Assembly (NCBI GenBank): GCA_964106915.2
Contig: OZ066915.1
Length of the DNA: 64,000 nt
Direction: 5' to 3' (one strand)
From: Podarcis gaigeae
Lineage: Eukaryota
This document shows, piece after piece, positions 36,439 to 48,252 of the stretch (position 1 is the stretch's first letter; the number at the start of each line of letters is the position of its first letter). The notes under the pieces were generated by a model, which was given only the letters and a program-made list of their open reading frames with translations, was not told where the DNA came from and searched no databases. The translations under genes were made by a program, and so were the position numbers.

Positions 36439-37893
36439 TGGGGCAAACTGGTTTTAGGAACTGGATAATCAATGGACAACAGGCCGTAGCTGTCCTCTGG
36501 GCAACTTGGTCTGGCTATCTCAGTTCCTTCCTATTATAATGTGAGCTGTTGGGTTAAAGTCTTAAGCCTTTATCTGACCAGCAGTTCTGGCCACTTCAGA
36601 GGGGAAGCTTTTTGTACAGATCTATGATATGCCACCATATGAAATGCCACCTGCACAGTAATAGCTTGCAAAGGATGAAGAGACAGGGAAAACAACTTAC
36701 ACCCCACTGAGAATCCCAGAATAGTTGGGGTTGTTCCATTCCTGTTCATTAAGCCCACCTCCTCACTCTGGAAGGAGAAACATCATGATCTCCCCCCACC
36801 ATGCTGCGATTGGCTGTACAATAGTCCGAAATGAGAGATGATTAAATAAATGTACAGTGCAAATTTAGATTGGGCTTTCTGTTGTTTTGTTTGTCATGTA
36901 GGGGAACATACTAATAACCTGGAGATAATTTATTTTGACCTCATGGTAGGGTGCAAGTCCAGCCCCGCCTTGGAAATGGACAGTTTAAGAGATATGTTGA
37001 GATCCATAATACTGTGTGCTGGGTTTGGTCTCCATTCAGAACCAAACTTCCACAGGGACACATAGCTATTTGGTTCATCAGGACTTGCATACATGAATCA
37101 AGACGTTAGTCTAAAGGTTATATATAACTCCCAGACTATAGAACAGCAAACAGCTTCTTTATCATTGCCATCAGATGATTGATTGTTTAATCAACAAGCC
37201 ATTACAAAGTCACAAAACAACAATAAAACTCAAGTAATTTCCTTCAGGGGGGCTTTAGCAATACATATTAATACAAATGGATTTCTTGTCAATTCGTGGC
37301 GTTTGTTCCTTCCGGCTTTCTCCTTTTTGCTTTAGTGCTGCATTATTATTTTTTAAACTCTCCATTTCTCTTGGTTGTGAAATAGTGGTTCTGCTCTAGA
37401 TGGATAACACACACAAAATCGGCATACAGATCAACAGTTCAGATATAAATTTCCTTCCAAGCACAGCACTGGTGGAGCAAAGTAATTGAATAGCATAATT
37501 TTCTGAGGTCTGTGATTCATATATGCATAATTGCTGATGTGATGGAACCTTATGGTGGCTGGCGGCAGCAGCCCCTCTTGGCAAACTGAATGGGCATCGT
37601 TTGAAATCTTAATGCTGAGAAGGCCTTATGAAGGGAACTGGAGTAACTTTACAATGTGTCTTAATGGGTCTTGGTCATGGTTTTTGACATGCACCTTAAG
37701 CAAGTAAGAAACATGCTTGAAAGGAAATGCAGAGTCAACTTCTCCCTCCCACGCCATCAGTTTAAAGCATCCAAACATAATCTGATCAGACATAATTTCA
37801 TCACACCTTGTTGGCATTTATTCCATAGCAAAACAAGATGAGTGCCACATCTCTCATGCTCACCTTTGACTGGACTTACCTTATTGCATAGCT

Positions 37894-38268
37894 CAGTGGT
37901 TCCCCTACGGTTTTTCGCCTCCAAGCACCACTTGGAAATCGCGAAGGGTCTTGGTGAGCCACTTGGTAATCCTTCTACTTGTTGTAGCACTTGTAATGAG
38001 CTCTACTAGATGCTACATGATTTTTAATTGTATTTTTATTGCTTCCTTTATTTCTTATCAATTTTAAATTTCATTACAATTTGCATTCCATGGAATGAAA
38101 TGCAATATAGGAACAAAACAATACAAATACAATCAAAAATCAATACATTAAATGCGATGGATGCGCAGTCTCCTGCCTTCAACCACAAATCCACAGATAT
38201 GATTTGGACCACATGAGTGAAGCTCACAGACCAGAGATGGTCCACAGACCACAGTTTGGGAACGCCTG
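37894..38268. mobile_element. hAT MITE
   Basis: TIR CAGTGGTTCCC / GGGAACGCCTG; 8-bp TSD GCATAGCT / CCATAGCT. Confidence 0.8.
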
Positions 38269-41200
38269 CCATAGCTGAACGGCTTGTAGTTTCCCTTAAC
38301 CATTATGCAGAATCTATCTTTTTGTAATATAGAGTTTCAGGCTAACACAAGGACTGGATTAATGATGTCTAAGAGTACACTTTCACTCTGGCCCGCAAAA
38401 CACTTGTTTCTTGGAACGAAGCACCGCTGAGAGAAATAGGATTATATATTTAGGATTAAGGTACTAGCCTCTGATGCATACTGAACACTGATTCACTCAG
38501 TATTGAAGTTGTACCCAGTCATGTAACCCACACGACATGTATAAATATTTATGTTTCTCATGTGTATTGTATGTGTGCTTGCTGTATTATATGCTATAAC
38601 CTCTAAAACTGTGACACCAGAGTTACACATGACTTTCCTACACCTGCTTGATTTCAATTTGTTCTCTTTGGATATGTACTTTTATAAGATGTCCTGGGGG
38701 GTGAAACCTCGCTTCTGCAAGGGGGCCCTCCTTTATGTAAACTTTTCTGTAGACAATGGAAGATCAAAGCTGGCTGGAAATAAAATTGTGAATGATCTAT
38801 GTCTGTTTTACAAAAAGATCCTGTGGGGTTTTTTTTCTAATAAAGTGGTGTGAATCAGAGTCATTTTCCTCCATTTTAAGGATCTTTAACAAGAATGCTT
38901 GAATTTTCTTTCAAAATCCTATGGACTTGATTACATCCAGTGAAAAGAAAGTTACTTGGGACCACAGCAACTACTGTGCTTCCTGGGTGAGGGCTTAATA
39001 GTGCAGGTAATTTAGATATTGCAAATAGGGAACTAGCAGTAGGTTGGGTTGTTGTTGTCCCCCACCCCCACAAACATGCTGGGTTTCCCTTGGAAAGGAT
39101 AAATCTGGATTAAATGGGGGGGGAAATGTTAATGCCAACAACACCATGTGTGCACTTGTGGGGGGAAAATTGCATCCATGAGGAGCACACATCCCACACT
39201 AAACACCTATCTGGAAGCACCCAAAAACATTGTGGTAAGTTGCAGACATTCTCAGAAAAGTATATTCTCCCCTAGCATGGTCTAACCCTTTTGGTATGAA
39301 GAAATGTTTAGAAGATTGCTTGTCATGCAAAGTCTGTAATAACCCAAATGACTGGTACATTAGAGTTTAACTGGTAATTGTTGCAGAAACGTTCATAGGT
39401 AGCAGCCTATTTTGTAGTGTGCCTCATCCACCTGATGTAAGTCTGTGCACTTATATTGCAGTATGCTAGTCAATCTTTGAACAGCCACAGCACTCTGCTC
39501 TCCCGCCCCTCCAATCCTTTGGGGAATAGAGCGTGCAATTGTGCTGGTTCTGGCTTTTTTGTAGTCCAGAAACCCATGAATGATAGTGATTTGTCTTTAA
39601 TAATGTAACAGAAATGTTAATAATATTTACAGTTGCACACTGGAGGGATGGTTTCCTAAAAGTTTGGGGGCAAGGGTCACGAGAACAATGTTTTGTGGGA
39701 ATTCTTTCTAAGCTTTCCATCCTGGGGGCTTTTTGAAGGTTAATGTTCTGTGGAAAAAAAGCTGGAAAGAGAAATCTCTGTAGTCTCCAGTGTTAGAAAC
39801 AGATAAAGCTAGGAGCTAAATGACACCTTAAACCTAGGTTATGGGTGCCACAACAGAATGTCTAGGTGTGTTTTTTTATAACAAGAATACAAAGCTAAAA
39901 ATTTCATCCAGTGAAAAGGAAGTCACTTGGGACCATGTGATGAATGAACTGCAGCTAAAATATTATGTTCATTTTTCACATGGTCTAGTCCTTCCCCTGC
40001 CCACCCCCCTAATATTCTTAAGAGGGTCTCTCTTCCAGTCTTCAGATAGTAGTTGGAAGTGGGGAGGCAGAGAAAAGCTCCTCTCTTCCTTCCACTCTGC
40101 AGTTTTAATGTGAAATCTTAGGCATAGTACTGCACCCAGAGCTCAGAAACCGCTTGCGCTAATGAAACAATGGGGGTTTCAAACACAGGCAGTATCCAAA
40201 ATGCTGAGCTTGGAGAATGCCATTCTCCATGCACCGATGGAAATACGTAGTGTCTCACTTACAGTATCTTACTGAGGACCAAACTAGATGAAACGCACAT
40301 CACACAATTAACATTTGTGTAACTGGCTTTTTAAAACTAAATGTCAGGGGGAACCAACAAACTCACAGTATGGTATAAATACACATGACAATAATATGAA
40401 GGCCTTGAGTGGGTGACCACCTGGGAATCCCATGTATGCCATCTTGGTTTCCACAATGGAGGCAAGGTAAGATATATCAAATGGAAGAAAATAAACAAAC
40501 TGGTTACTCCTGGTAGCTTCAAAGATCACTGGGTTTTAGTTAAATATGCAGAGATGCTGATATATGCATTGTTTCACCTCATGTCAAGAGGAAGGAAGGA
40601 AGAAGGAAGGAAACAATAATTTCTCTGTTTCTTATTATCACTGTCTTACAGCTTACTCTTTATGCACTGAATCTATCCATAGGATTTATTTGTGGAGAAA
40701 AACAAAGAACTATACTCTGAACCATTGTTTGGAGTGGAAAAAAGCCCAGAAAATATATAATGAAAGGGTATTAATCTGCAACCGGAACAGAGACGCCATC
40801 TTCTTAAAGAGGTTTGAGGGAGCCTGTGTGTGATGCCGCACGATGTCATGACATCATGCGTGTCACACCGTGTGACGTCATGACATGATGTGCACACGCT
40901 GTGAAGGTCCAGGGGGTGGAGTCGAATGCCCCCTGAATATTGACGCCGCTCTGCCCTCTCAAAAGAAAAAGAAATACTTGAGGGGGACCGAAACTTCCTC
41001 AATCCCTAGGAGTTGTCTTGCCTGAACCAGAAAATCCCTGGCACTTTATATATTGGCTGTCATCCAGTAATACCCATGAGTAGCATCTGTGCCCAATTTT
41101 AAAAAAGCGATTTTCCCTTTTAGAATGTGCACCAAAATGTGTGTTTTTTTTTAAAAAAAACAACAACAACCATGTGGGAATTTTGCTTGAGAGTTTTGCA

Positions 41201-42012
41201 GCCTAAACCGAAACCTCATTGAACACAGTAAGACTTACAACCACGGAAATGTAAGGATACTGTTCTTTCTGCTGATAAAATGAGACATTTGTATTGGAAT
41301 CTTTGTGTTTCGGGGGGGGGGGGGCATACGAAAACTTCCAGTCTCTGTCAGGCATCATGTAACCAGAAGCAGGAACTTGTTAAGCCACACATTGGGGAAA
41401 TTCACTGAACACTTGTTACATTGCTCTCGCTCTCGCTGTCTGAGGCAGGGATCAATCATTGCATTAACACAAGTGTCTAACTAGAACATCTGTGCCCTAA
41501 TTCAAGAGGTTCCTTCCAGGAAATCTCATGGATGAAAATAAAACCTGATAGGAGAGGCACTTCTTTGCTGAATCAATACATTTTAACCCTTCATATAATG
41601 CTCATGATGGCAACAGGGAGAGAGAAAAAGGGATATCCAGGAAAAGTAAAGAACATTTCTTGGTGGGTGGGTTGTGTCTCGCATGTTCAATTTCAAAAAG
41701 AGATATTATTTAACATTAATACACTTATCTTATGCACACTTCTCCCTGAAATAAGTCTAATTGACATAGGCCGATTATATACTTTTTATGTTTTAAATAT
41801 TAACCACCCAGATTGAAATCACAATAAGGAAAAGGCCTTTCAGCCAAAAGAGACCCCATAAACAAACATCTCCTTGAGGCTCAAATTAAGCAGACACAGC
41901 ATGGATGTATTTCTTTAGAAAACACAACTACTTCTTGCAAAGGAGGCCAGGAATACAGCCTTGGAGTGAGAAGAAGCCAGGAGACCCTGCCTTCCTGCCC
42001 ACTGTCTCACCA

Positions 42013-42218
42013 GGGTGGTACATGCTCTGGTTTTCTCCTGCTTGGACTACTGCAGCACATTCTACGTGGGGCTACCTTTGAAGGTGACTCAAAAACTGCA
42101 ATTAATCCAGAATCCAGCTGCTAGATTGGCGACGGGGGGCAGCTGCCAGGACCATACAACACTGGTCCTAAAGGATCTTCACTGGCTCCCAGTACGTTTC
42201 CAAGCACAATTCAAAGTG
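42013..42218 (+). mobile_element. L2 LINE ORF2 C-terminal fragment
   Basis: VHALVFSCLDYCSTFYVGLPLK...LQLIQNPAARL...LKDLHWLPV...FKV is the typical L2 post-RT motif. Confidence 0.88.
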
Positions 42219-43195
42219 CATACCCTCCAAGTGGTGTGGATGTGACCGGGAAATAAGTTCCAGAGGGTCTCTGTTTGCATGAACAGATCAAGGTTGTGGA
42301 ACCTGTTGCCCTCCATCAGTTGTTGGACTTCAGCTCTCATCATCACTGACCATAGGCCATGTTGGCTGAGGCTGCTGGGAACTGGAGTCCAGCAATGTCT
42401 AAGGGGCTACAGGTCCTTGACCCAATAAAGAAAAGCACTTCTAATACGTAAAAGGGTATTTTCTTCAAGGAAATATAAGGGTCCAAGAACTGGGAGGGAC
42501 GACTGAGGGCAAGCTACTGGTCTGGGAGAGGGGTGCTTGCTCATCCTCACCGTCCCTCTGCAGCTGCCTGTGCAGAATGCAGCAAGGGCTCCAAAAACAC
42601 ACCCTGACACTGCTAGTTGCTTCGCTGTTTGCAGAAAGCAGAATAGCTTTCAGTCTATTAATGCATACCCCCTTCATGGGTGAGATTCATTAAGCATAAT
42701 GGATGCTTGTTCTTTGCAAGCCACGGGAAAGGATGTAGAAATGCTTTTTTGCTTTCGCAATGTGATTCTAAATAACCTAACAGCGAGAGATTGGTGCAAA
42801 GCAGTTGCCTTAACAATAGCCCTGTGAGAAGCCTTCATTTGAAGGCGGGTGAGCATTGACCTTTCGTTCATAGTCAGAAATGTGTTTGTGCAAACTGAAG
42901 GGGATGCCTCCACATTTTAAGTCCTGCAGCTTTCGATCCAGATTGTTTTGAGCATACAACGCTATTTACATTTTACTGTGTTCATGCATGTCACTCAATA
43001 AAAAGTTGTTGAACAGTTTTGTATATATGTTTTTAATCTCGTTTAAATTTCCTAACCTCTTCCTTACCCGCCTATCTTTTATGTTTCAGCCGTCTGTAAA
43101 ATTTCCTCTGCCTTTTGATATTGTCGTGAAACTTTTATACATTCAACCTCATTGTTTCGGTATACAACATAACATCTTCAGGGAAAAGCAAAGCT

Positions 43196-43197
<2 letters not shown>

Positions 43198-43237
<40 letters not shown>

Positions 43238-43443
43238 TTTTATTTATATCCCGCCCTCCCCAGCCAAAGCTGGGCTCAGGGCGGCTAACAACAATCAAAA
43301 TAGTTCAACATTCTAAAAACATTCATTATAAAATTAATTAAAATCAAATTAAAATCAAATTAATGGCAACCATCAAGCAAAATTCTGTGTAGATTGCCAG
43401 AGGAGGGGGTCAGGCTGCGCCCTGACCAAAGGCCTGGTGGAAC
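43198..43443 (-). mobile_element. L2-type LINE 3' end with (TTA)n tail
   Basis: (TAA)n followed by TTTATATCCCGCCCTCCCCAGCCAAAGCTGGGCTCAGGGCGGCTAACA. Confidence 0.7.
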
Positions 43444-43551
43444 ATTATCTGCCAATTGATGGGGTGGTGGTGGAGGAGGAGGAGGAGAGATCTAAATATT
43501 TTTCTTTCTTTTTTTAAATACTTTTGGAGGACATGATAAATAATAGTAGTA

Positions 43552-43552
<1 letters not shown>

Positions 43553-43595
<43 letters not shown>

Positions 43596-43725
43596 TAATA
43601 ATTTTTATTTATTTATACCCCGCCCTCCCCGGCCAGAGCCGGGCTCAGGGCGGCTAACACCAGTAAAATTACAATAAAAAATAATAAAAATAATAAAATA
43701 AACCAATCTAAAATACATGATGCAT
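43553..43725 (-). mobile_element. Second L2-type 3' end with (TTA)n tail
   Basis: Same terminal motif as 43198-43443. Confidence 0.7.
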
Positions 43726-44189
43726 TTTGCAGGCTGGTTAAACGCCTGTGAACGTATCTCCATCTAATGGCTTAGCTAAGTATTGCATGTTGCTTCAGTT
43801 GGAAGCAATGCTTTTCTGCACACAATGTAGTTTGTGGAATTCACTGTCACAAGAAGTGCTGTGGACCATCAGCTGTAAAAGGAGACCAGCCAGATCCATA
43901 CTGAGGGGGTGGGGTGGGACTATCAATAGCTATCAGCTTTATAGGGAGGCATTTTGCCTCTGAATATTGAGTTGCTTGGCTTCAGCTGTGGAGAGTGCTA
44001 TTAACTTTAAGCATTGCTTGTGGGCTTCTTGCTGGGATCTGCTTAGCAACTGAGGGAAGCAGGATGCTGTTGTGTTAAATGGTTCTTTGGCCTGTGCTAG
44101 AGGTTGTATGACCGTGGTAGGTCCTACGGTATATGCTCACTCATAACCTTTCTTTACTTTTCACTCTATAAAGAGAGCAGCTTTTAATA

Positions 44190-44726
44190 CAGTGGTACAG
44201 CGGTTGGCGCTGTGGGTTAAACCACAAAGCCTAGCACTTGCCGATCAGAAGGTCGGCGGTTTGAATCCCTGTGACAGGGTGAGCTCCCATTGTTCGGTCC
44301 CTGCTCCTGCCAACCTAGCAGTTCGAAAGCACATCAAGTGCAAGTAGATAAATAGGTACCGCTCCGGTGGGAAGGTAAACGGTGTTTCTGTGTGCTGCTC
44401 TGCTTCGCCAGAAGCGGCTTAGTCATGCTGGCCACATGACCCGGAAGCTGTACACCGGTCCCACGGCCAATAAAGCGAGAGTCGGCCACGACTGGACCTA
44501 ATGGTCAGGGGTACCTTTACCTTTAGTTATAGACGCTTCAGGTTACACACTCTGCTAACCCAGAAATAGTACCTCGGGTTAAGAACTTTGCTTCAGGATG
44601 AGAACAGAAATCGCGCAGCAGCAGCGGGAGGCCCCATTAGCTAAAGTGGTGCTTCAGGTTAAGAACAGTTTCAGGTTAAGAACGGACCTCCAGAATGAAT
44701 TAAGTTCTTAACCCGAGGTACCACTG
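44190..44726 (+). mobile_element. MITE family A interrupted by a Sauria SINE (44199-44525)
   Basis: TA-CAGTGGTAC, then a complete SINE with ACCTTT tail, then the MITE resumes and ends GAGGTACCACTG-TA. Confidence 0.9.
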
Positions 44727-44741
44727 TAGAAGGGTGTGGTC

Positions 44742-45019
44742 GAGGGGGCGGCAACGTTTTTTGAGGCCGATCTGGTCCACTCCCCAGCAGACCTCTCAGT
44801 GGGCTGGAGCGTGTGTGCCCGTGCATGCGCTAAAGCTATTTCCGGCTCCTCCATCGGCGCTCTTCCGACCTGGAAGTCGTTCCCTGCAGCGAGGGAAAAA
44901 ATGGTGCCGTGGGGAAAAAAGCACAGAATCCCCATGCCGATCCACGGAATGGCCGTGGGCCAGTTCCAGGAAGCTCATGGGACAGAAGCAGCCCATGGGC
45001 CTTAGGATGCCAACCTCTG
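44742..45019. mobile_element. hAT MITE
   Basis: Imperfect TIR GAGGGGGCGGCAAC / GATGCCAACCTCTG; TSD GTGTGGTC / GTCTGGTC. Confidence 0.7.
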
Positions 45020-45647
45020 GTCTGGTCAATTTAGGTTACAAGTGGAAACTGCAACAAAAGGTTGAAGCATGGAATGCTTGTGTTCAGGGTTCTAGCTATC
45101 CTGCTTCCATTGCACCTTGTCAGTATTTAATGGGCTCTTTGCATGCTATGTCACCGCTGGGTGCTTGTAGATGTCGGCTGGTAGTTCATTTTTCTCTTCT
45201 TCTTTGGCAATCGCTTGTATAGGAGTATGATTGTCTTCCATGAACAGTAACTTAACAGTGAGTCCATAAGTCACCTCAGGTAGTGCATTGATGCATCAGC
45301 AGAGTATAAAGAGCCCTGGGAAAGTCTTCAGATGTTTCCTGCTCCCAGCAGAAAGTTTCTTCTCCAGTTAAGGCAAACCTCTCCCACACAGTTCTAAGTA
45401 ACAAAGTGTTTATTGTCTTCAGATACAAGACAAAGCTGAACACTACTAAAACATTCCTGTTTTGACAGGCCTTACCTAGATGCTTAGAAAGGTGACTCGA
45501 TTTGTTTTAGTATTTTACCTTATTGTATGTTTTAAAGCATGGTTGTGACTCTTTCTTGATTTCACTGCTTTATCTTTTCTGTAAACCGCTTTGGGGTCCT
45601 TTTAAGTGGTGCATAAATTTTAGGATTTTTTAAACATTTATGAAATA

Positions 45648-45715
45648 ATATCTATATCTATATCTAATCTATATCTATATCTATATCTATATCTATATCT
45701 ATATCTATATATATC
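45648..45715. repeat. (TATATC)n microsatellite
   Basis: Seen directly, just upstream of the COG1 CpG island. Confidence 0.9.
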
Positions 45716-45739
45716 TTGTTTTGCAGATTTTAATCTGTG

Positions 45740-46460
45740 CCTCGTCTACAGTTTCATCTACAAACGAAATAATATTGAGTTCGGAAGACGCTCGGTTCCC
45801 TTTAAGAGCCGAGAGACAACGACTCTGCCCTACACAAAGATGGCGCCCGCGAGGCTGAACTAGTGGAAATCTCGCCTGCCCTTCCGGGCCGAGAAGCGCC
45901 CTTGCCCCTGTCAAAGATGGCAGACGCTGACACGTCAGAAGTGGGAGGCGGGAGGCGACGCGGCCCGTTCCGGTTGAGGGAAAGGCGGCGGCGGGACGAC
46001 GGCGATGGCGGCGACGGCGTCTGCCGAGGCGGCGGCGCTGGACGCCCTGAAGCGGGGCGGCCCGGGGGCGGCCGAGTCGCTCTTCGAGGCGCACGCGGTG
46101 GCGGAGCTGAGGGCCGTGGAGCGGCAGGTCCGCGCGGGCATCGAGGGCAAGCGGGAGGAGCTCCGGCAGATGGTCGGCGAGCGCTACCGGGACCTCATCG
46201 AGGCCGCCGACACCATCGCCGAGATGCGGCTCAGCGCCGAGCACCTCGTGGAGGCCGTGCGGGGGCTGCAGCAGCGGCGGGCCAAGGGACGCGCCGGAGG
46301 GGGCGGCGCCCCTCATAACGGCCAGCCCGCCGCGCGGAGGCCGGCGGTTGAGGTGGGGACTTGCTGAGGGGCGCGGTGGGGGGAGGGCGTGTGTGTGTGG
46401 GGGGGGGGTGTCTTAAACCTGGCTCCCGCCAGCTGCTGTGGGTGGACTACAACTCCCGTA
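45740..46460 (+). promoter_or_regulatory. COG1: COG1 CpG-island promoter
   Basis: CpG-rich; YY1-type AAGATGGCG (45837) and AAGATGGC (45914); ETS CTTCCGG (45881); TGACACGTCA (45928). Confidence 0.85.
46005..46352 (+). CDS. COG1: COG1 exon 1 (Vps51/Vps67-like N-terminal domain)
   Basis: LFEAHAVAELRAVERQVRAGIEGKREELRQMVGERYRDLIEAADTI; donor GAG|GTGGGG, phase 0. Confidence 0.93.
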
Positions 46461-46804
46461 AGTGCATCACAGGTTCAGGAAATGGTCTGAGGTGATTGGG
46501 AAGCCATTACGTCGTTTAATACACTGCTTCCCAATCTCATGGATTTATTTATTTTTTGGTTCGGGGTGGGTGGGGGGTTTGCAGGCAAAGTTGCTGAGCT
46601 TTTTTTGTTTTTATAAAGGGGATACACCAAAGTTGTTGAATGGGGGTGTCACGGTTATAATATATATATATAAACACGTGTGTGTGTGTTTATAGTTTAT
46701 ATGTATGTTTGTGTGTGTGTGTATACATACATACATACACACGCGCGCGCACACACATATATGCATATATACACACATACACACCCCACAAGGAGGACAT
46801 GGCT

Positions 46805-46893
46805 ACACCTTGCTGTTTTTGGACTACAACTCCTACTACCCCTGACCTGCTGGCTAGGGAGGATGGGAGTTGCAGTCTCAACAACTGCTGGGG
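46805..46893. mobile_element. GGACTACAACTCCC-family palindromic MITE (partial)
   Basis: TGTTTTTGGACTACAACTCC...GGGAGTTGCAGTCTCAACA. Confidence 0.7.
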
Positions 46894-47233
46894 ACTCAGG
46901 TTTGAGAAGCACTAGACTACCCGCTGGGGGGGGGGTCCCCCAATTCATTAACAATCGCCTTTGTTCATTAGAAGCTTCCTACCCTATTGAGGAAGCAGGA
47001 TAAGCTGTAAGTGCATTGTAGGCGGTTCAGGAAATTATCTGGGGCAATGTGAAGCTGTTACGTTGTTTAAAGCAGTGTTTCCCAAACTTGTGTCTGCTTG
47101 GGGTTTCCTTTGTCTCTCTCTCTCTCCCCCCCCCCCCCCGTTAATTAACAGTTAACTTTGCTAGTTAGAGACATTCTACCCATCAAAATGTATGAGGAAG
47201 CAGGAGAAGACGTAAGCGCACTACAGGTTCAGG

Positions 47234-47363
47234 CAGGGTTTTATTTTTTCAGCCAGAACTCAGTTCTGTCACCTCTCAGGTGGGCGCCATTGCCATTCTT
47301 AAGAGAACAAGGGAGGTGTTCATGGTGGGTTCTGGCACCTTTTTTTCTAGGAAAATAGCACTG
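47234..47363. mobile_element. hAT-type MITE (CAGTGCTTTTTT TIR family)
   Basis: CAGGGTTTTATTTTTTC / GAAAATAGCACTG; TIR related to 54099-54317. Confidence 0.65.
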
Positions 47364-48007
47364 GAATCATTCAGAAAATGATCTGGGTAAATGCGAAGCT
47401 GTTACATCATTTAAAACTTGAAAAGTGAGTTAGTTTGATCAGTGTTTTGATGGGTGAGCTCCTGGGTAAGCGTTCCAAAGTAAAAGATTAATAAAGCAAA
47501 GCAGAGCCAAGAAAGCAAAACAGAGGTGGGAACTAGCTGGGGTTTTTGCCCTGGGTGAAGCCTCCAGAAGGGCACCATTGAGGCTTCCAGCCTGTGTTTG
47601 TGCATTTGCAAATATGTGGTGTTTGTGTGCCAAACTGGGTCTTGGTTCCCGGTGAAATAAAGCCTACTTTTGCCCCTGTAGCAAAGAGAACTGATATGTA
47701 TTATGTTAACTTATACCTTAACCTCCATGATCGTATTATAAACTTTCTTATAAGTAGCTAGCTACCCATGTTGCTTATCTATTAGTACAGCTCCTGCGGG
47801 AATCTTTTGTCCTTTTTGAGTTAGTAAACATGGGTATACTGTGCACTTAATATAACAAACCCTGTGGCATATAGTTAGATGAACTATAATTCTGAATATA
47901 TGCTAGCAACATCTCCTCTTTTTCAAAACGCTTTCAATCCATGCTCCAGTAGTTTCTGTATGTGCATCAATTTATTTCATAGGGTGCACGTATTTTTCCC
48001 TACCTAG

Positions 48008-48252
48008 GCAGTACGCCAGTCACAGGAGAAGTTCTACTGTTTGGCAGCACAGATCCAACTACTACTGCAGATTCCTGAGAAAATCTGGAGTGCTATGGAA
48101 TCCTCTCAGTACTTATATGCCACCCAGTTGTACCTGCTATGCTGCCACCTCCAGCGCCTCCTGCAGCTGGATTCTTCTGGCAGCAGCTACAGCCCAATTC
48201 TGGCACGTTTTCCTATCCTTGCACGACAAGTAGCTGCAGCTAGCCATTTCCG
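48008..48252 (+). CDS. COG1: COG1 exon 2
   Basis: SQEKFYCLAAQIQLLLQIPEKIWSAME...AAASHFR; CTAG acceptor, GTAAGT donor. Confidence 0.95.

Noticed and set aside
45705-46316. 203-aa minus-strand ORF over COG1 exon 1
   Set aside because: Antisense shadow of a GC-rich coding exon.
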